The notes beneath the pieces are model-generated. The model was not told the DNA's origin, did not search any database, and saw only the letters and a list, made by a program, of their open reading frames with translations. The position numbers and the translations under genes are program-made. 28,893 nt of DNA from a virus (lineage: Duplodnaviria; Caudoviricetes). The stretch is from IMG/VR virus record IMGVR_UViG_3300037722_000203, positions 1 to 28,893 of that record; one strand, 5' to 3'. Positions within the stretch are counted from its first letter, which is position 1. Each line of letters begins with the position of its first letter. Positions 16,504-26,580 of this stretch are shown one piece after another.

Positions 16504-17144
16504 TGGCCGAACCAAAGGCGTGGCAACAGATTTTGGCCCAAGGACTCACGTCGGCACTGCCGATGATCGAGCAGCAGCGCACGCTCCGAAGGCAGCAGGA
16601 CGAGACCGAGCGCGGGCTGCGTCAACAGCAGATGCGGCAGGACGAAGCGGACAGGCGGATCAACACGCAAGTCGTCGACGTCACGAAGTCCACGCCGGAT
16701 GCTGAGATCGCGGCATCGAACGAGGCGTACATGGGCGCCATTCGTCGAGCTCGCAGTCAGACGGACGGCTCGACGCCTCCGATTCTCGGCGCGAGCGATC
16801 GGTACGAGCAGGACGTTGCGCGCGCCGGAAGCGAAACCCAAGGCTACGGGCAGCGCGTCGCCGATATGTTCTCGCGCATCGACGCTCCGGGTATGCAACG
16901 CCGACGCGAGGGCGAAGAGATGGCGCGCACTCGAACCGACGTGAACCGAATCGGCCGCGACGCGAGCGCCGATGACTTTCTCATGCGGCTGCGGCTGAAC
17001 AACACGCGTGAGAATCCGTGGGTCGCGATCCTGTCGAAGATCGGCAGTGAGCTTGTCGGCAACGTTGGCGGCAAGAAGAAGGGCTCTGGCGGTCAAGAGG
17101 CAGGCGGCGAATACGATCCCGGTCGGTATGGGGGGTATGCGTGA
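16500..17144 (+). CDS. Internal virion/ejection protein
   Basis: Helical Q/R-rich protein, translationally coupled within the ejection-protein cluster. Confidence 0.55.
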   Translation: MMAEPKAWQQILAQGLTSALPMIEQQRTLRRQQDETERGLRQQQMRQDEADRRINTQVVDVTKSTPDAEIAASNEAYMGAIRRARSQTDGSTPPILGASDRYEQDVARAGSETQGYGQRVADMFSRIDAPGMQRRREGEEMARTRTDVNRIGRDASADDFLMRLRLNNTRENPWVAILSKIGSELVGNVGGKKKGSGGQEAGGEYDPGRYGGYA

Positions 17145-18019
17145 TGGCCGGGTTCTTCAAGAAAGTTGGCACAGCCCTTGGCGATCTCGTCGGCGGCGGA
17201 GCGGCCGAGGAAGTCGGTTACCAGGAGGGCTTGGACAAGCGGGCGCAGTTCGATTACCGCCGCTCGCAGACCGATCTTGCGATGCAAAAGGCAGCGGCCG
17301 AGCGCGACGCTGCGATGGACCGGGAAGCCGTGCGGCAGTGGGGGCAGCCTGGCGTCGACATAGAGTCCGCGCCGATCGGCAACCTGATCGCGGGCGGCAT
17401 GGGATCTGATTACGCGGGCGCTGGGCTCGGACGGCAGCGCGGACAAGAGATGCGGTTCCGCGAAACGATCGGCGATCCTGCCGCGGAAGAGGCTTCGCGC
17501 ATCGCGGCGGCGCAAGCTGTCTCTCCTGCGCAGCTCTCTGACCCGGATTCGCTCGGCGGCAAGATGAGCGCAAGCGATCTGGTCGTCATCAACACGCCTG
17601 ATGGTCCGCGGTACGTAGGCGCGGCGGATGCGATCAACCAGGCGCCGGGCGCGCGGCCGTCTGCGGCTGGCGGAACAGCGAACCAGAAAAACTATGACCA
17701 TCTCGTGTCGCTTGGCCTCGAGCCGAATCTGGCGCTCGCGATCGTCTATCGGCAGATCACGGACCCGAACAAGGCGAAGCTGCAAATGGTCGACGCGATG
17801 GTACGCAGCGGGTTCTACGGTGCGGAAGACGCGCAGCAGACGGCGGAGCAGATCATCAACGGCATTTACGGGCCGACCGGGCCTGGGCCGATCGTGCCGC
17901 CGATCATGCCGCAAGCGGGCGAGCAACCAGACGTCGGCGAAGGCGCGACGGCCGTCAATCCTGCAACCGGCGAGCGTCTCATGCTTCGCGCAGGGCAGTG
18001 GGTCCCGGTGGAGTTCTGA
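17141..18019 (+). CDS. Internal virion/ejection protein
   Basis: A/G-rich, coupled to both neighbours, ends in the small module EGATAVNPATGERLMLRAGQWV. Confidence 0.55.
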   Translation: MMAGFFKKVGTALGDLVGGGAAEEVGYQEGLDKRAQFDYRRSQTDLAMQKAAAERDAAMDREAVRQWGQPGVDIESAPIGNLIAGGMGSDYAGAGLGRQRGQEMRFRETIGDPAAEEASRIAAAQAVSPAQLSDPDSLGGKMSASDLVVINTPDGPRYVGAADAINQAPGARPSAAGGTANQKNYDHLVSLGLEPNLALAIVYRQITDPNKAKLQMVDAMVRSGFYGAEDAQQTAEQIINGIYGPTGPGPIVPPIMPQAGEQPDVGEGATAVNPATGERLMLRAGQWVPVEF

Positions 18020-21000
18020 TGCCGGCTCCGCCTCTACCTCCGGGCTTTCAGCTTGAGCGGTCCATGCCGTCGCTTCCGCCTGGGTTCGAGCTGGAAGGTG
18101 CTCCGGCGCTTGAGCCTGCCGAACCTCCGATGCAAGCCGGACTCGGCGACTCGATGATGAACCTCGCGCGCGGCGTCGGTGAGCGTGTGAGCTCGCTCGC
18201 TGGCGGCTTGATGACGACGGCAGGCGCCGTGCCGCAGGCGCTCGAGCGTCGCTTCCCTCTTGGCGGTATCCGCTTCGATGACGGCCTTGAGTTCGTCGGC
18301 GGCGAAGAATACGCGAGCCGGCAAGCGGCGACGGAGACACCCGATCTGTCCGAGATCTTCGTTGGCACGGGCGCTGCCGCGCAAGAACGCGATCTCGGCT
18401 ACGAGCCGATGACCACATGGGAGAACGTGAAGGACGTCGAGGGCGTTCTCCCGACGCTGATGGAGGGTACCAAGTTCGCGCTCGAGCAAGGCGTCGTCTC
18501 GCTGCCCGACATGGCGGCCGCGCTAGCGAATCTGCCCGCGTACATGACTGCTCGAGCGGGCGAGATTGCGAAGGCGCGCGCGAACCTGCGCGGTGAGGAG
18601 GAGATCAACGAAGAGGATCTCGCCATTGCTGGCGGGACCGCACTTCTATCCTCGCTGCTCGAACGCTACGGCGCCGAGAAGGTGCTCGGTAGCCTGAAGG
18701 GTTTGGACGCTACCGTGCTGCGCAGAATATTCACGGCCGCGACCGCAGAGGCCGGTACTGAAGCTGCGCAGGAAGGACTCGAATACGGCGCCGAGCGAGT
18801 CGGACAGGCGCCTATGGCGCTGGGCGAGCTCGGCGACCGCATGGCAGCCGGCGCAGTTGGCGGAGCTGGTGCCGGTGCAGCGATCCGCGGCGGCGCAGAG
18901 ACCGCTGTCGGTGCCGCGCGGCTGGTCAGCCCACCGCAAGAGCTGCCGGCCGATCTCGGCTCGCTCATGCAGCAGCCGGAGATTCCAGCGCTACCGGCGC
19001 CGACGATCACGGTCGACCCGCAAGGGCAGGCCGGAACGCAGGTTCAGCGCGAAGCCGCCGCCGCGGAGTCTGCCGAGCTCGGGATGACACCCGGCACGAT
19101 CCGCGCCGCGATGGAACAAGCGCGTCGAGAAGCAGAGATGCGTCCGCCGCCTGTCGAGCCGTTGGCGCTGCCGCCGCCTGACACGAAGCCGGAAATAGTT
19201 CAGCCGGCGCCCCTCCAAAATCTAGCCGAGTCTGTGGAAACCGTGATCCCAGAGGCACCCGAGCCCGAAATGGCCTCGCCTATTGCGCCAAGCGACGCGA
19301 TCGAGGGGGGGGGCGCTACCCAAGTACGGCCCGGAACTGAGTCTCGGCCAGCTACCGATGACAAAACAGCAGCGCTACGCACACTCGCGCAACAGGCCGG
19401 ATGGGCTGAGGTTGGCGGCAAGATGATCCGCAGTGGTGCGCAGACCGAAGGCGGGTTGGTAGGCGAGGGCCAAGGAGATGTCATCGGCCGCACGCCGTGG
19501 ATTCCGAAGGCCGAGTGGTGGCCTGGTCGCCCTGGTGGATTCAACGAATCTCAGACGGCCGCCATCATCGAAAAGGGTATCAACGGGAATCTGCTGGGGA
19601 AGAAGCAGCGCGAGTACTTCGATTTCCTTTCCGAGCTCGCCGACGAGATGGTCGCATCCAGCGCCTTCAATCCGACTAGCGATGAGCTTGCCGCGGAGCA
19701 GTTCGAGTCTGGACCGGACGATGGTTTTGAGGCAGCATTAGTAGCTCGCGCTACCGAGCTTGACGAAAATGCCGCCGAACGAGCCGCCCAACAATTCGAG
19801 GACGACGATGCCGGATTCCTCCGTGCCATCAAGGCCATCGTCGACCAACCGCGTGAGGCGCCTACAGAGAGTCGCCAAGGCGGTGCTCGCTCGGAAAAAG
19901 CAGACCTCTTCGGCCAAGACACCAGCCAAGCCCAAGAAATAGCCGACGAACAGCGGCGCGTCGACGAGCGCCTTGCGCCCGACCGCGACGTACCGCTCGA
20001 GACCGGGCGCCCCGACGATCTATTCAGCGAGTCGCGCAAGCAGCGTGACATCGAAGACGCTCCCGCCTCCGAGTCGCCTGTGCCCGAGAAATTCTCCGAC
20101 TTCGCCCGCCAGCGGTGGGGTCCGAATTGGGCGATTGCTCGGCCCACGGAACGCAATCTTGAGCGCTACGGTCGCCTCATCACGAACTCGGAATACAAGA
20201 AAGCCGAAGCTGAGTGGAAGGGTGCTCTCGAAGAGCAGAAAGCCGCTGAGCCACAAACGTCCGAAGGCATTGAAGTCCAAGAGCTATCGCCCGAGCGCCT
20301 GACGCCGGAGCAGCGCAAGGCGTTCGGAGGACTGAAGCAGCGACGCGACGAAGGGCGCGCCGAGTCTCAGCTTGATACCGAGCTTACGCGCCAGTCCGCA
20401 GAGGAAGGGCAGCAGGACGCGGAGACTCGCGGGCTTCGCGACGCCGTGCGCTCAGTGCTCGGAGAGGCCGATACCGTCGAGTTCGTTGCCGATGTCAACG
20501 GCGTACCTGCCGAGATCCGCAAGCGCATGAAGCGCAGCCCGGGAACGACGTGGAAAGGATCATTTGACCCGAAGACCGGGCGCGTGTTTATCGCCTCGTC
20601 GGCCGCGACCGATCCTGCCGATGCAGCCTGGACGGCGGCACATGAGATCGCGGGGCACAAGGGCTTACGCGGTTCGATCGGCGCAAATGACATCGACGCG
20701 CTCAACAACGCGTTTCGAATTGCGCGCCAGAATCCCACTGTCGACCGTCTTGCGACGGAGATGAAGCGCCAGCGTACGAAGCTCGGCGAGATGACTTCGG
20801 TCGAGGAAGCCTTGGCCGAGCTTGCCGCCGCGACGCGTACCGGCGACTACGCTCACATCAAGGACCGCTACGGCATCGATGTCCCGCAGGCTCAACGTGA
20901 CACGCTGCGCGGCGCGATCGAGCGATTCATTCAGCGCATCAAGGCTCTCTTCGGCAAGCGTGGCGCGAAGTTCTCGGACGAGCAGGTGCGCGACTTGCTA

Positions 21001-23640
21001 GAAGGCGCGTGGCGGTACGTGAGCGAGGGCGAATCATCTCGAAGCGAAGGCGACGCCACGCTGAGCGAGGTTGAGCCAGAATCAACCCTACTGCGGAAAC
21101 GTATCCGCAAGCTCGACAAGAAGATCGAGCACGAGCTTGTCGTGAGCGGCGGCGAGAGAACCCAAAAGATTCGCAGCATGATCGCGGAGTCTGCGCGGAT
21201 TGGCGAACGCGCCGACGCGGTGGATTTCGGAGACGCGCAACTCAGCGAAGCCGTTGCCGAGCGCCGCACGACTCCGCCATCGCAGAAGGGCGACAAGGGC
21301 TACGCCAAAGCAGCGCAGCGCGCTATCGACATCTGGAACGAGAAAATCGGCTGGCGCTACGGTGTGCTCGGCAAACTGCCTGCGAAGAAAACGTACCTGA
21401 AGGAGCGGTATCTCGCGCTCGGCAAAGTCGGCGAGTCGCAGGAGATCGGGCACGGCGTGTTCAAGGCGCTGTCGAAGGCCGACGAATCCGATCAGCAGGC
21501 CGTTTACGCGTACATGACGACGCGCGACGCGAAGCCGTCGAGCATCAAGGATGACGCGATCCGCGCCCAGGCGGTGAAGGTGAAGGGCCTGATCGACCGC
21601 GTTGGCAAGCGGCTCGTCGAGGCAGGGCTGCTCTCGAAGGAAGCCTACGAAGCGCACGCTGGCGAGTACTTGCCGCGCGTGTACTTGAAGCATCTGCTCG
21701 GCGAGAAGAATTTCAGCGCGATCGGCAACGGCAAGCGGCTCTCTGATCTTGGCTACACGAAGCAGCGCATGGACATCCCCGAGGATGTGCGCAAGGTCAT
21801 TCTCGGCGAGATAACGGACCCTGCATTCCTCGCGTCGTTCGGGCTCACGCGCACGCTGCGCGATCTTGCGATCGTGGACTTCTTGCAGACCGTGGCCGGC
21901 AATCGGAAGTGGACTCCTGCGGGTGCGGTGGTCGAGTGGAACGGCCGCAGCGTGTCGCCGTTCTGGCTGCAAGCCGAAGCTCAGCGGTTGCGCAAGCAGG
22001 CGCAGTACCAGACTGCGGACGTTGCAGAGAAAGCCCGCAAGCTCGCCGAGCGTATGGACAAGGAAGCGCACGACGCAGAGGAAGCGCTCGGAGACGTTGG
22101 CGGCGACTTTCAACAGGTTCCGAATTCGCCGCGCTACGGCGCTCTGCGTGGCCTGTGGGTGCGCAAGGAAATCTTCGACGATCTGGTGGGTGCGCAGAAC
22201 TTCATCCCGCGCGAGGCCGGTTGGGCGGAATCGCTGCTCGGCCAGGGCGGGACGCTGACCAAGCTCACGCAGTGGTGGAAGATGAGCAAGGTCGCGCTCA
22301 ATCCGCCGTCGCAGATTAGAAACTTCGCGTCGAACATGGCGCTGCTACACCTGTCCGGTGTGCCGGCGCACCGCGTGTACAGCGGCGAGATTGTCGGTAA
22401 GGCGATCAAGAGCATCATCAAGAAGGACCGCTACTACCAGATCGCGAAGAAGTACGGGCTGTTCTCCGTGACGTTCTCGAACCAAGAGCTGCGGCGCATC
22501 GAAGACTCGTGGATTGCGTTGCAGAAAAAGCAGGGCACCGGCGTTGCTAGACTGAAGGCGATGGGCGCGGAATTCGCCAACCTTGCTGGCGATACCTATG
22601 CGCTCATGGAGGCGGTGGGCAAGATCGCAAAGCTCCGTGACGCGATGGGCCGCGAGGGCAAGTCGGAAGCCGACGCGATGATCGAAGCTCACGAGGCGCT
22701 GTTCGACTACTCGCTCGTGCCGCGCTCGATTCAGTACCTGCGCAACGCACCGATAGGCTCGGCGTTCATCACGTTCACCTACAAGGTGCTGCCGCAGCTC
22801 GCCAAGACTGCCGTCAAGCATCCGATGCGGTTCGCGCCCTACGTCGCAGTCCCGTACATCTTGCAGGAGATCGTCAAGTCGTCATTCGACGTCGACGACG
22901 ACGACGTTGAGAAGCTGCGCAAAGCCTTCCCGAATTGGATAGAAGAACGCGGGCACATGCTGCTGATGCCGTTCAAGGACGAGGACGGCCGCTGGCAGGT
23001 TGTGAACCTGGGCTACATCCTGCCGTGGGGCGCGTTCACGAACGCGTACAAAACCGCGAAAGCCGGGAAGCCTCTCGAGGCGCTTCGGGACATTGGACTT
23101 CTGAGCGGCCCGATACCAGACGTGATCGCGGCCATCAAGACGAACATCGACCCGTTCACGAAGCGCGAGATCGTGAACCCTGCGGATCCTCCTGCCGAGC
23201 AGTTGCAACAGCTTCTAACCTACGTGTGGAATCTCGCGATGCCGTCGTTCATGGGTATTGGCCAGGATCAACGCCAAGGCGGAGCGTTGAGCCGCATGAA
23301 AGACGCGCTCTCCGGCAAGGTCAATCCGCGCACCGGAGACCCTCGCGACACGCCGACGCAAGCTGCGATGCGCTTCTTCGGCGTTAACGTCTATCCGGTA
23401 GAGCCCGAGAAGACGCGGGCCGCCAACCTGCGCGGCATGAAGTTCGAGCTCGACGAGATCCGCAGCCGAATGCGCGAGCAACTGCGCGACCGCAACTTGA
23501 CGGACGATGATCGGGCGAACATCCGGCGCGTGTACTCCGCTCTTGGAAAGGCGCAGGCAGAGCGTATTCAGCGGTACCGCGAGGATTCGGCGATCCATCC
23601 AAATATGCGAACTGCTCAAGACGAGATCGAAGAGCCGTGA
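18019..23640 (+). CDS. Large internal virion (ejection) protein, multidomain/polyvalent type
   Basis: About 1870 aa. ATG 18019 overlaps the upstream TGA. LPPGFxLE occurs twice at the N-terminus; central HEIAGH...EEALAE zincin-like motif; helical C-terminal region (LNPPSQIRN, LFDYS, N.DPFT.REI). Confidence 0.75.
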   Translation: MPAPPLPPGFQLERSMPSLPPGFELEGAPALEPAEPPMQAGLGDSMMNLARGVGERVSSLAGGLMTTAGAVPQALERRFPLGGIRFDDGLEFVGGEEYASRQAATETPDLSEIFVGTGAAAQERDLGYEPMTTWENVKDVEGVLPTLMEGTKFALEQGVVSLPDMAAALANLPAYMTARAGEIAKARANLRGEEEINEEDLAIAGGTALLSSLLERYGAEKVLGSLKGLDATVLRRIFTAATAEAGTEAAQEGLEYGAERVGQAPMALGELGDRMAAGAVGGAGAGAAIRGGAETAVGAARLVSPPQELPADLGSLMQQPEIPALPAPTITVDPQGQAGTQVQREAAAAESAELGMTPGTIRAAMEQARREAEMRPPPVEPLALPPPDTKPEIVQPAPLQNLAESVETVIPEAPEPEMASPIAPSDAIEGGGATQVRPGTESRPATDDKTAALRTLAQQAGWAEVGGKMIRSGAQTEGGLVGEGQGDVIGRTPWIPKAEWWPGRPGGFNESQTAAIIEKGINGNLLGKKQREYFDFLSELADEMVASSAFNPTSDELAAEQFESGPDDGFEAALVARATELDENAAERAAQQFEDDDAGFLRAIKAIVDQPREAPTESRQGGARSEKADLFGQDTSQAQEIADEQRRVDERLAPDRDVPLETGRPDDLFSESRKQRDIEDAPASESPVPEKFSDFARQRWGPNWAIARPTERNLERYGRLITNSEYKKAEAEWKGALEEQKAAEPQTSEGIEVQELSPERLTPEQRKAFGGLKQRRDEGRAESQLDTELTRQSAEEGQQDAETRGLRDAVRSVLGEADTVEFVADVNGVPAEIRKRMKRSPGTTWKGSFDPKTGRVFIASSAATDPADAAWTAAHEIAGHKGLRGSIGANDIDALNNAFRIARQNPTVDRLATEMKRQRTKLGEMTSVEEALAELAAATRTGDYAHIKDRYGIDVPQAQRDTLRGAIERFIQRIKALFGKRGAKFSDEQVRDLLEGAWRYVSEGESSRSEGDATLSEVEPESTLLRKRIRKLDKKIEHELVVSGGERTQKIRSMIAESARIGERADAVDFGDAQLSEAVAERRTTPPSQKGDKGYAKAAQRAIDIWNEKIGWRYGVLGKLPAKKTYLKERYLALGKVGESQEIGHGVFKALSKADESDQQAVYAYMTTRDAKPSSIKDDAIRAQAVKVKGLIDRVGKRLVEAGLLSKEAYEAHAGEYLPRVYLKHLLGEKNFSAIGNGKRLSDLGYTKQRMDIPEDVRKVILGEITDPAFLASFGLTRTLRDLAIVDFLQTVAGNRKWTPAGAVVEWNGRSVSPFWLQAEAQRLRKQAQYQTADVAEKARKLAERMDKEAHDAEEALGDVGGDFQQVPNSPRYGALRGLWVRKEIFDDLVGAQNFIPREAGWAESLLGQGGTLTKLTQWWKMSKVALNPPSQIRNFASNMALLHLSGVPAHRVYSGEIVGKAIKSIIKKDRYYQIAKKYGLFSVTFSNQELRRIEDSWIALQKKQGTGVARLKAMGAEFANLAGDTYALMEAVGKIAKLRDAMGREGKSEADAMIEAHEALFDYSLVPRSIQYLRNAPIGSAFITFTYKVLPQLAKTAVKHPMRFAPYVAVPYILQEIVKSSFDVDDDDVEKLRKAFPNWIEERGHMLLMPFKDEDGRWQVVNLGYILPWGAFTNAYKTAKAGKPLEALRDIGLLSGPIPDVIAAIKTNIDPFTKREIVNPADPPAEQLQQLLTYVWNLAMPSFMGIGQDQRQGGALSRMKDALSGKVNPRTGDPRDTPTQAAMRFFGVNVYPVEPEKTRAANLRGMKFELDEIRSRMREQLRDRNLTDDDRANIRRVYSALGKAQAERIQRYREDSAIHPNMRTAQDEIEEP

Positions 23641-25133
23641 AAGTCAAGGTGCCGCTTGCGGCGAACCTTAATCGCGTCGCGATTTTGGACACAGAGGCTA
23701 CGCGCGGCTCAACCATCGGCCTAGACCTACACCTGCCTGACGGCTCGACTCCGACGCTCGCTCAACTCGCCGCAGCGCTAGCAATCACATCCGGCGCACA
23801 GACTCTGACGCTGCCGTTCACGATATGGTCGCGCGTGCGTGAGATTCCGGCGAACGTCGTCTCAGTCGCAGCGCTTACGACTTCCGGGCTAGTCACTCGC
23901 AAGGTTGACGGCTCATGGGTCACGCGCTCGATCACGGTTGAGTCTCGCCTCGCGGTCACGAATGCGGATGGTGATGCTGGCAATCCTCTTCTCGACATAG
24001 CTGACTCTGCCGCGCTCTCGGTGCTCGGGCGTGCAACGAACACGTCTGGCGATGTGGCCGACATCCAGGCCGGTACGCCAGATCAAATCCTGCGCCTCAA
24101 CACCGCTGGTACTGTCGTCGGCTTCGGCTCGATCAATCTCGCAAGCGCTGATGCGGTGGGCACAACGCGCCTCGCCTTCGCCAATCTCGCGCAGATCACC
24201 GGCCAAGCGGTGCTCGGTGTCTCGACTGCCGGAGCAGGAAATCTCGCTGCGATCAGCGCTGGCACGAATGACCGCGTGTTCCGGCAGACGGCAGACGCGC
24301 TGAACTTCGGCCAGCTCACCGCTGGCATGTTCCCAAATCTAGTGGTGCCGGATGCGGCGCTGTCGGCGAACGTCGCGCTGCTAGCGCGTGATCCGCAGAA
24401 TTTCACCGGGGCTAATACGTGGAGTACGACACGTCTATCGATTCCGACGAGCGGGCCAAACACGTCTGACGTTGAATTTTCGTGGATCACACCCGCCGAC
24501 CGTGTGATCAATCTTGATAGCAGCAACGCCGGTGGACCATACATACGGTTCCGACGCAGCGGCACGACGCTAGGCTTTCTCGGCAATGCGCTGGGTATCT
24601 CGGGCGGCACGCAGGACGATATAGAGCTTGACGCCCTAACTGGGGCTCTTGTGTTGTCTACCGCGGCCGTTCCGCGCATCACTATCACGAGCGCCGGCGC
24701 AATTTCACTTGCTGGCGCTCTGCAACTACTAAGCTACGGCGCCGGCACCCTCACAACAGATGCAAGCGGCAACGTGACAGCCGTCTCCGACGAGCGAGCT
24801 AAGCGCAACGTCAGACCGTACACCCGCGGCACTGCCGATCTGCTCCAGCTCAATCCAATTCAGTACGGCTACACACGAGAGTCAGGCCTCGACCAGACCA
24901 AGGATGACTACGCGAGTTTCTCAGCCCAAGATGTCGAGCGTATATTCCCCGAGGCTGTTGGGAGAATGTACACGCAAGAGCCGGACGAAAGGGACGAGGA
25001 CGGCAACATCACAAAACCAGGACGCCGCTTTACCAACGAAACGCACATGCGCACAATGGACACGCGCCCGATCATGGCGGCGATCGTGAACAGCATCAAA
25101 GAATTGGACGCGCGGATATCTCAACTGGAGTAG
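23637..25133 (+). CDS. Tail fibre with C-terminal intramolecular chaperone (peptidase S74-like)
   Basis: G/A/T-rich fibre repeats (SVLGRATNTSGDVADI / AVLGVSTAGAGNLAAI); SDERAKRN cleavage motif, AQDVERIFPEAV, terminal coiled coil. Confidence 0.8.
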   Translation: MKVKVPLAANLNRVAILDTEATRGSTIGLDLHLPDGSTPTLAQLAAALAITSGAQTLTLPFTIWSRVREIPANVVSVAALTTSGLVTRKVDGSWVTRSITVESRLAVTNADGDAGNPLLDIADSAALSVLGRATNTSGDVADIQAGTPDQILRLNTAGTVVGFGSINLASADAVGTTRLAFANLAQITGQAVLGVSTAGAGNLAAISAGTNDRVFRQTADALNFGQLTAGMFPNLVVPDAALSANVALLARDPQNFTGANTWSTTRLSIPTSGPNTSDVEFSWITPADRVINLDSSNAGGPYIRFRRSGTTLGFLGNALGISGGTQDDIELDALTGALVLSTAAVPRITITSAGAISLAGALQLLSYGAGTLTTDASGNVTAVSDERAKRNVRPYTRGTADLLQLNPIQYGYTRESGLDQTKDDYASFSAQDVERIFPEAVGRMYTQEPDERDEDGNITKPGRRFTNETHMRTMDTRPIMAAIVNSIKELDARISQLE

Positions 25134-25137
25134 ACAA

Positions 25138-25341
25138 TTGAACGTTACAGATAATCAAATCCGAGAAGCAGCGGCAGCAACCGTCGAGGTACTGTCTGGA
25201 TGCGACCAGCAACGCGAGCGGGCGCTGATGGAAAAGCTCTTGCTCGCCAAATCGGTGCTCGCTATGGTCGCGGCGGGGCAGCTCGTGATCGGGCAGCCGG
25301 CTCAGGAGCCGGTCAAGGAAGTCGCGAAGAAGCGAAAGTAG
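25138..25341 (+). CDS. Hypothetical protein (last gene of the late operon)
   Basis: GGAG RBS before TTG; 67 aa, helical. Confidence 0.5.
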   Translation: MNVTDNQIREAAAATVEVLSGCDQQRERALMEKLLLAKSVLAMVAAGQLVIGQPAQEPVKEVAKKRK

Positions 25342-25375
25342 TGTCACTCACACTAAGGCGCATCGGCCAGGTGTG

Positions 25376-26050
25376 TCAGAGCAGCGCGATGAGCGCTTTG
25401 TCTAATCTGCACTGCGCCTCCCGCTGCGGACAGGAGTTGTCGTGGTACCCATGCTCCATGCCGCAGTATCGACACTTCGGTACGGGCGGTTCCATTCTCT
25501 CTACTACGAGGTCTGAAATAGCATTCCCAGCCTGCCCCATCATGTCGTCGACGAGAGCAATCCACCAACCTTGTTCCTGGTCGCGCGCCTCAGACAGCTT
25601 CGGTGGGGTGTTATAGATGCAGAGCAGCGCGATGAGCGCTTTGTCTAATCTGCACTGCGCCTCATAGAGATCCTTCGCCAAGGCCGCCTCTACCGAGATC
25701 CCGGCACCGTCCGTCGCCTCTTCAGCGCCGCAGATTGTGCATTTATCGACGACCGCCCAATGATCGCACTGCGCGCATCGTCGCGAGTGACCACCGTCGC
25801 CTTTTGCCCGGTTGCCTTCAAGGGCCGATTCTAGTCGGGACTCGGCCGCAATTTGCCCCGCGTTCGCGGCGTTGTAGGCGGCTTTCCACTTCTCAAGTTC
25901 ACTTTCGCACGAGGATAGCTTGGACTGGAGAGACCGCAATGCGTTCACAGCCATCTTGCGGCCCACATCGTCCAATCGATCAGACCCTTCAAGGCGGTCC
26001 GCTAGCTTGCTCACGTCCTCTGCGGACCAGTCGTGGGTTATCTTTTCCAA
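25376..26050 (-). CDS. Hypothetical mosaic protein (coiled coil, two CxxC knuckles, duplicated EAQCRLDKALIALL)
   Basis: GGAG RBS before TTG; CAQCDH...CTICG and CRYCG...C motifs. Confidence 0.55.
   Translation of the reverse strand: MEKITHDWSAEDVSKLADRLEGSDRLDDVGRKMAVNALRSLQSKLSSCESELEKWKAAYNAANAGQIAAESRLESALEGNRAKGDGGHSRRCAQCDHWAVVDKCTICGAEEATDGAGISVEAALAKDLYEAQCRLDKALIALLCIYNTPPKLSEARDQEQGWWIALVDDMMGQAGNAISDLVVERMEPPVPKCRYCGMEHGYHDNSCPQREAQCRLDKALIALL
25377..25663. repeat. Perfect 44-bp direct repeat
   Basis: CAGAGCAGCGCGATGAGCGCTTTGTCTAATCTGCACTGCGCCTC at 25377-25420 and 25620-25663. Confidence 0.9.
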
Positions 26051-26053
26051 GAG

Positions 26054-26209
26054 CTATTCTCCAGTAAACTCGCGAATTAGCCGTGCGTCTCGTTCCCGCA
26101 TCATCCGCCATACGCCTTCTCGCTCCTCGCGATCGAGCTCGCGCACGATGCGCTTAAGGCGTCGCCATGGGAACAGCCACTCCCAGCCACGATAGCGGTA
26201 ATCAACCAT
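26054..26209 (-). CDS. Small hypothetical protein (51 aa; not in the ORF track)
   Basis: MVDYRYRGWEWLFPWRRLKRIVRELDREEREGVWRMMRERDARLIREFTGE. Overlaps the upstream stop and supplies the RBS of the next gene. Confidence 0.45.
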   Translation of the reverse strand: MVDYRYRGWEWLFPWRRLKRIVRELDREEREGVWRMMRERDARLIREFTGE

Positions 26210-26351
26210 TGCCTGGGTCTCCCGAGCACAATTTCCTCATGGCTTCAAAGTTTGGCTGCGGCTCGGGCTCGACGATGTGTGGTTTGTCGTCTGAGTATCC
26301 GATCCAAACCTCAATAACATCCACCGCGTCCTTTCGCTTCTTGCGCGCCAT
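26202..26351 (-). CDS. Small hypothetical protein
   Basis: GGAGG upstream of ATG 26351 (MARKKRKDAVDVIEVWIGY...). Confidence 0.45.
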   Translation of the reverse strand: MARKKRKDAVDVIEVWIGYSDDKPHIVEPEPQPNFEAMRKLCSGDPGNG

Positions 26352-26355
26352 ACCA

Positions 26356-26580
26356 CTATTCCTCCAACTCGGCGCCCATTGCGGCCACGCTGTCCACGTT
26401 CGAGCGAGAGTCAAACCAGTCCTCTACAGCGCTCTGAATCGCCCATGCGAGGTTCCACTTGTCGTCGTCGGCAGCTTTTTCGTCCTGCAAAAAGTGCTCG
26501 GCAAGCTCGTAGCTTTTGTCGTCCACGTCAGGCCGATCGATCGGCTGTACGCTCAGCGTTTTCACGTACTCGTTGACCAT
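26356..26580 (-). CDS. Small acidic hypothetical protein
   Basis: AGGA upstream; 74 aa; packs tightly against the downstream gene. Confidence 0.55.
   Translation of the reverse strand: MVNEYVKTLSVQPIDRPDVDDKSYELAEHFLQDEKAADDDKWNLAWAIQSAVEDWFDSRSNVDSVAAMGAELEE

Noticed and set aside
17093-18418. Long antisense ORFs (also 7818..8714, 8555..9424, 21088..22113)
   Set aside because: These are shadows of GC-rich sense genes, with R/A/P-rich translations and no motifs or RBS.
25377-25663. Diversity-generating retroelement TR/VR pair near the tail fibre
   Set aside because: The copies are identical (no adenine-specific mismatches), lie in one unrelated ORF, and no reverse transcriptase is present in the window.
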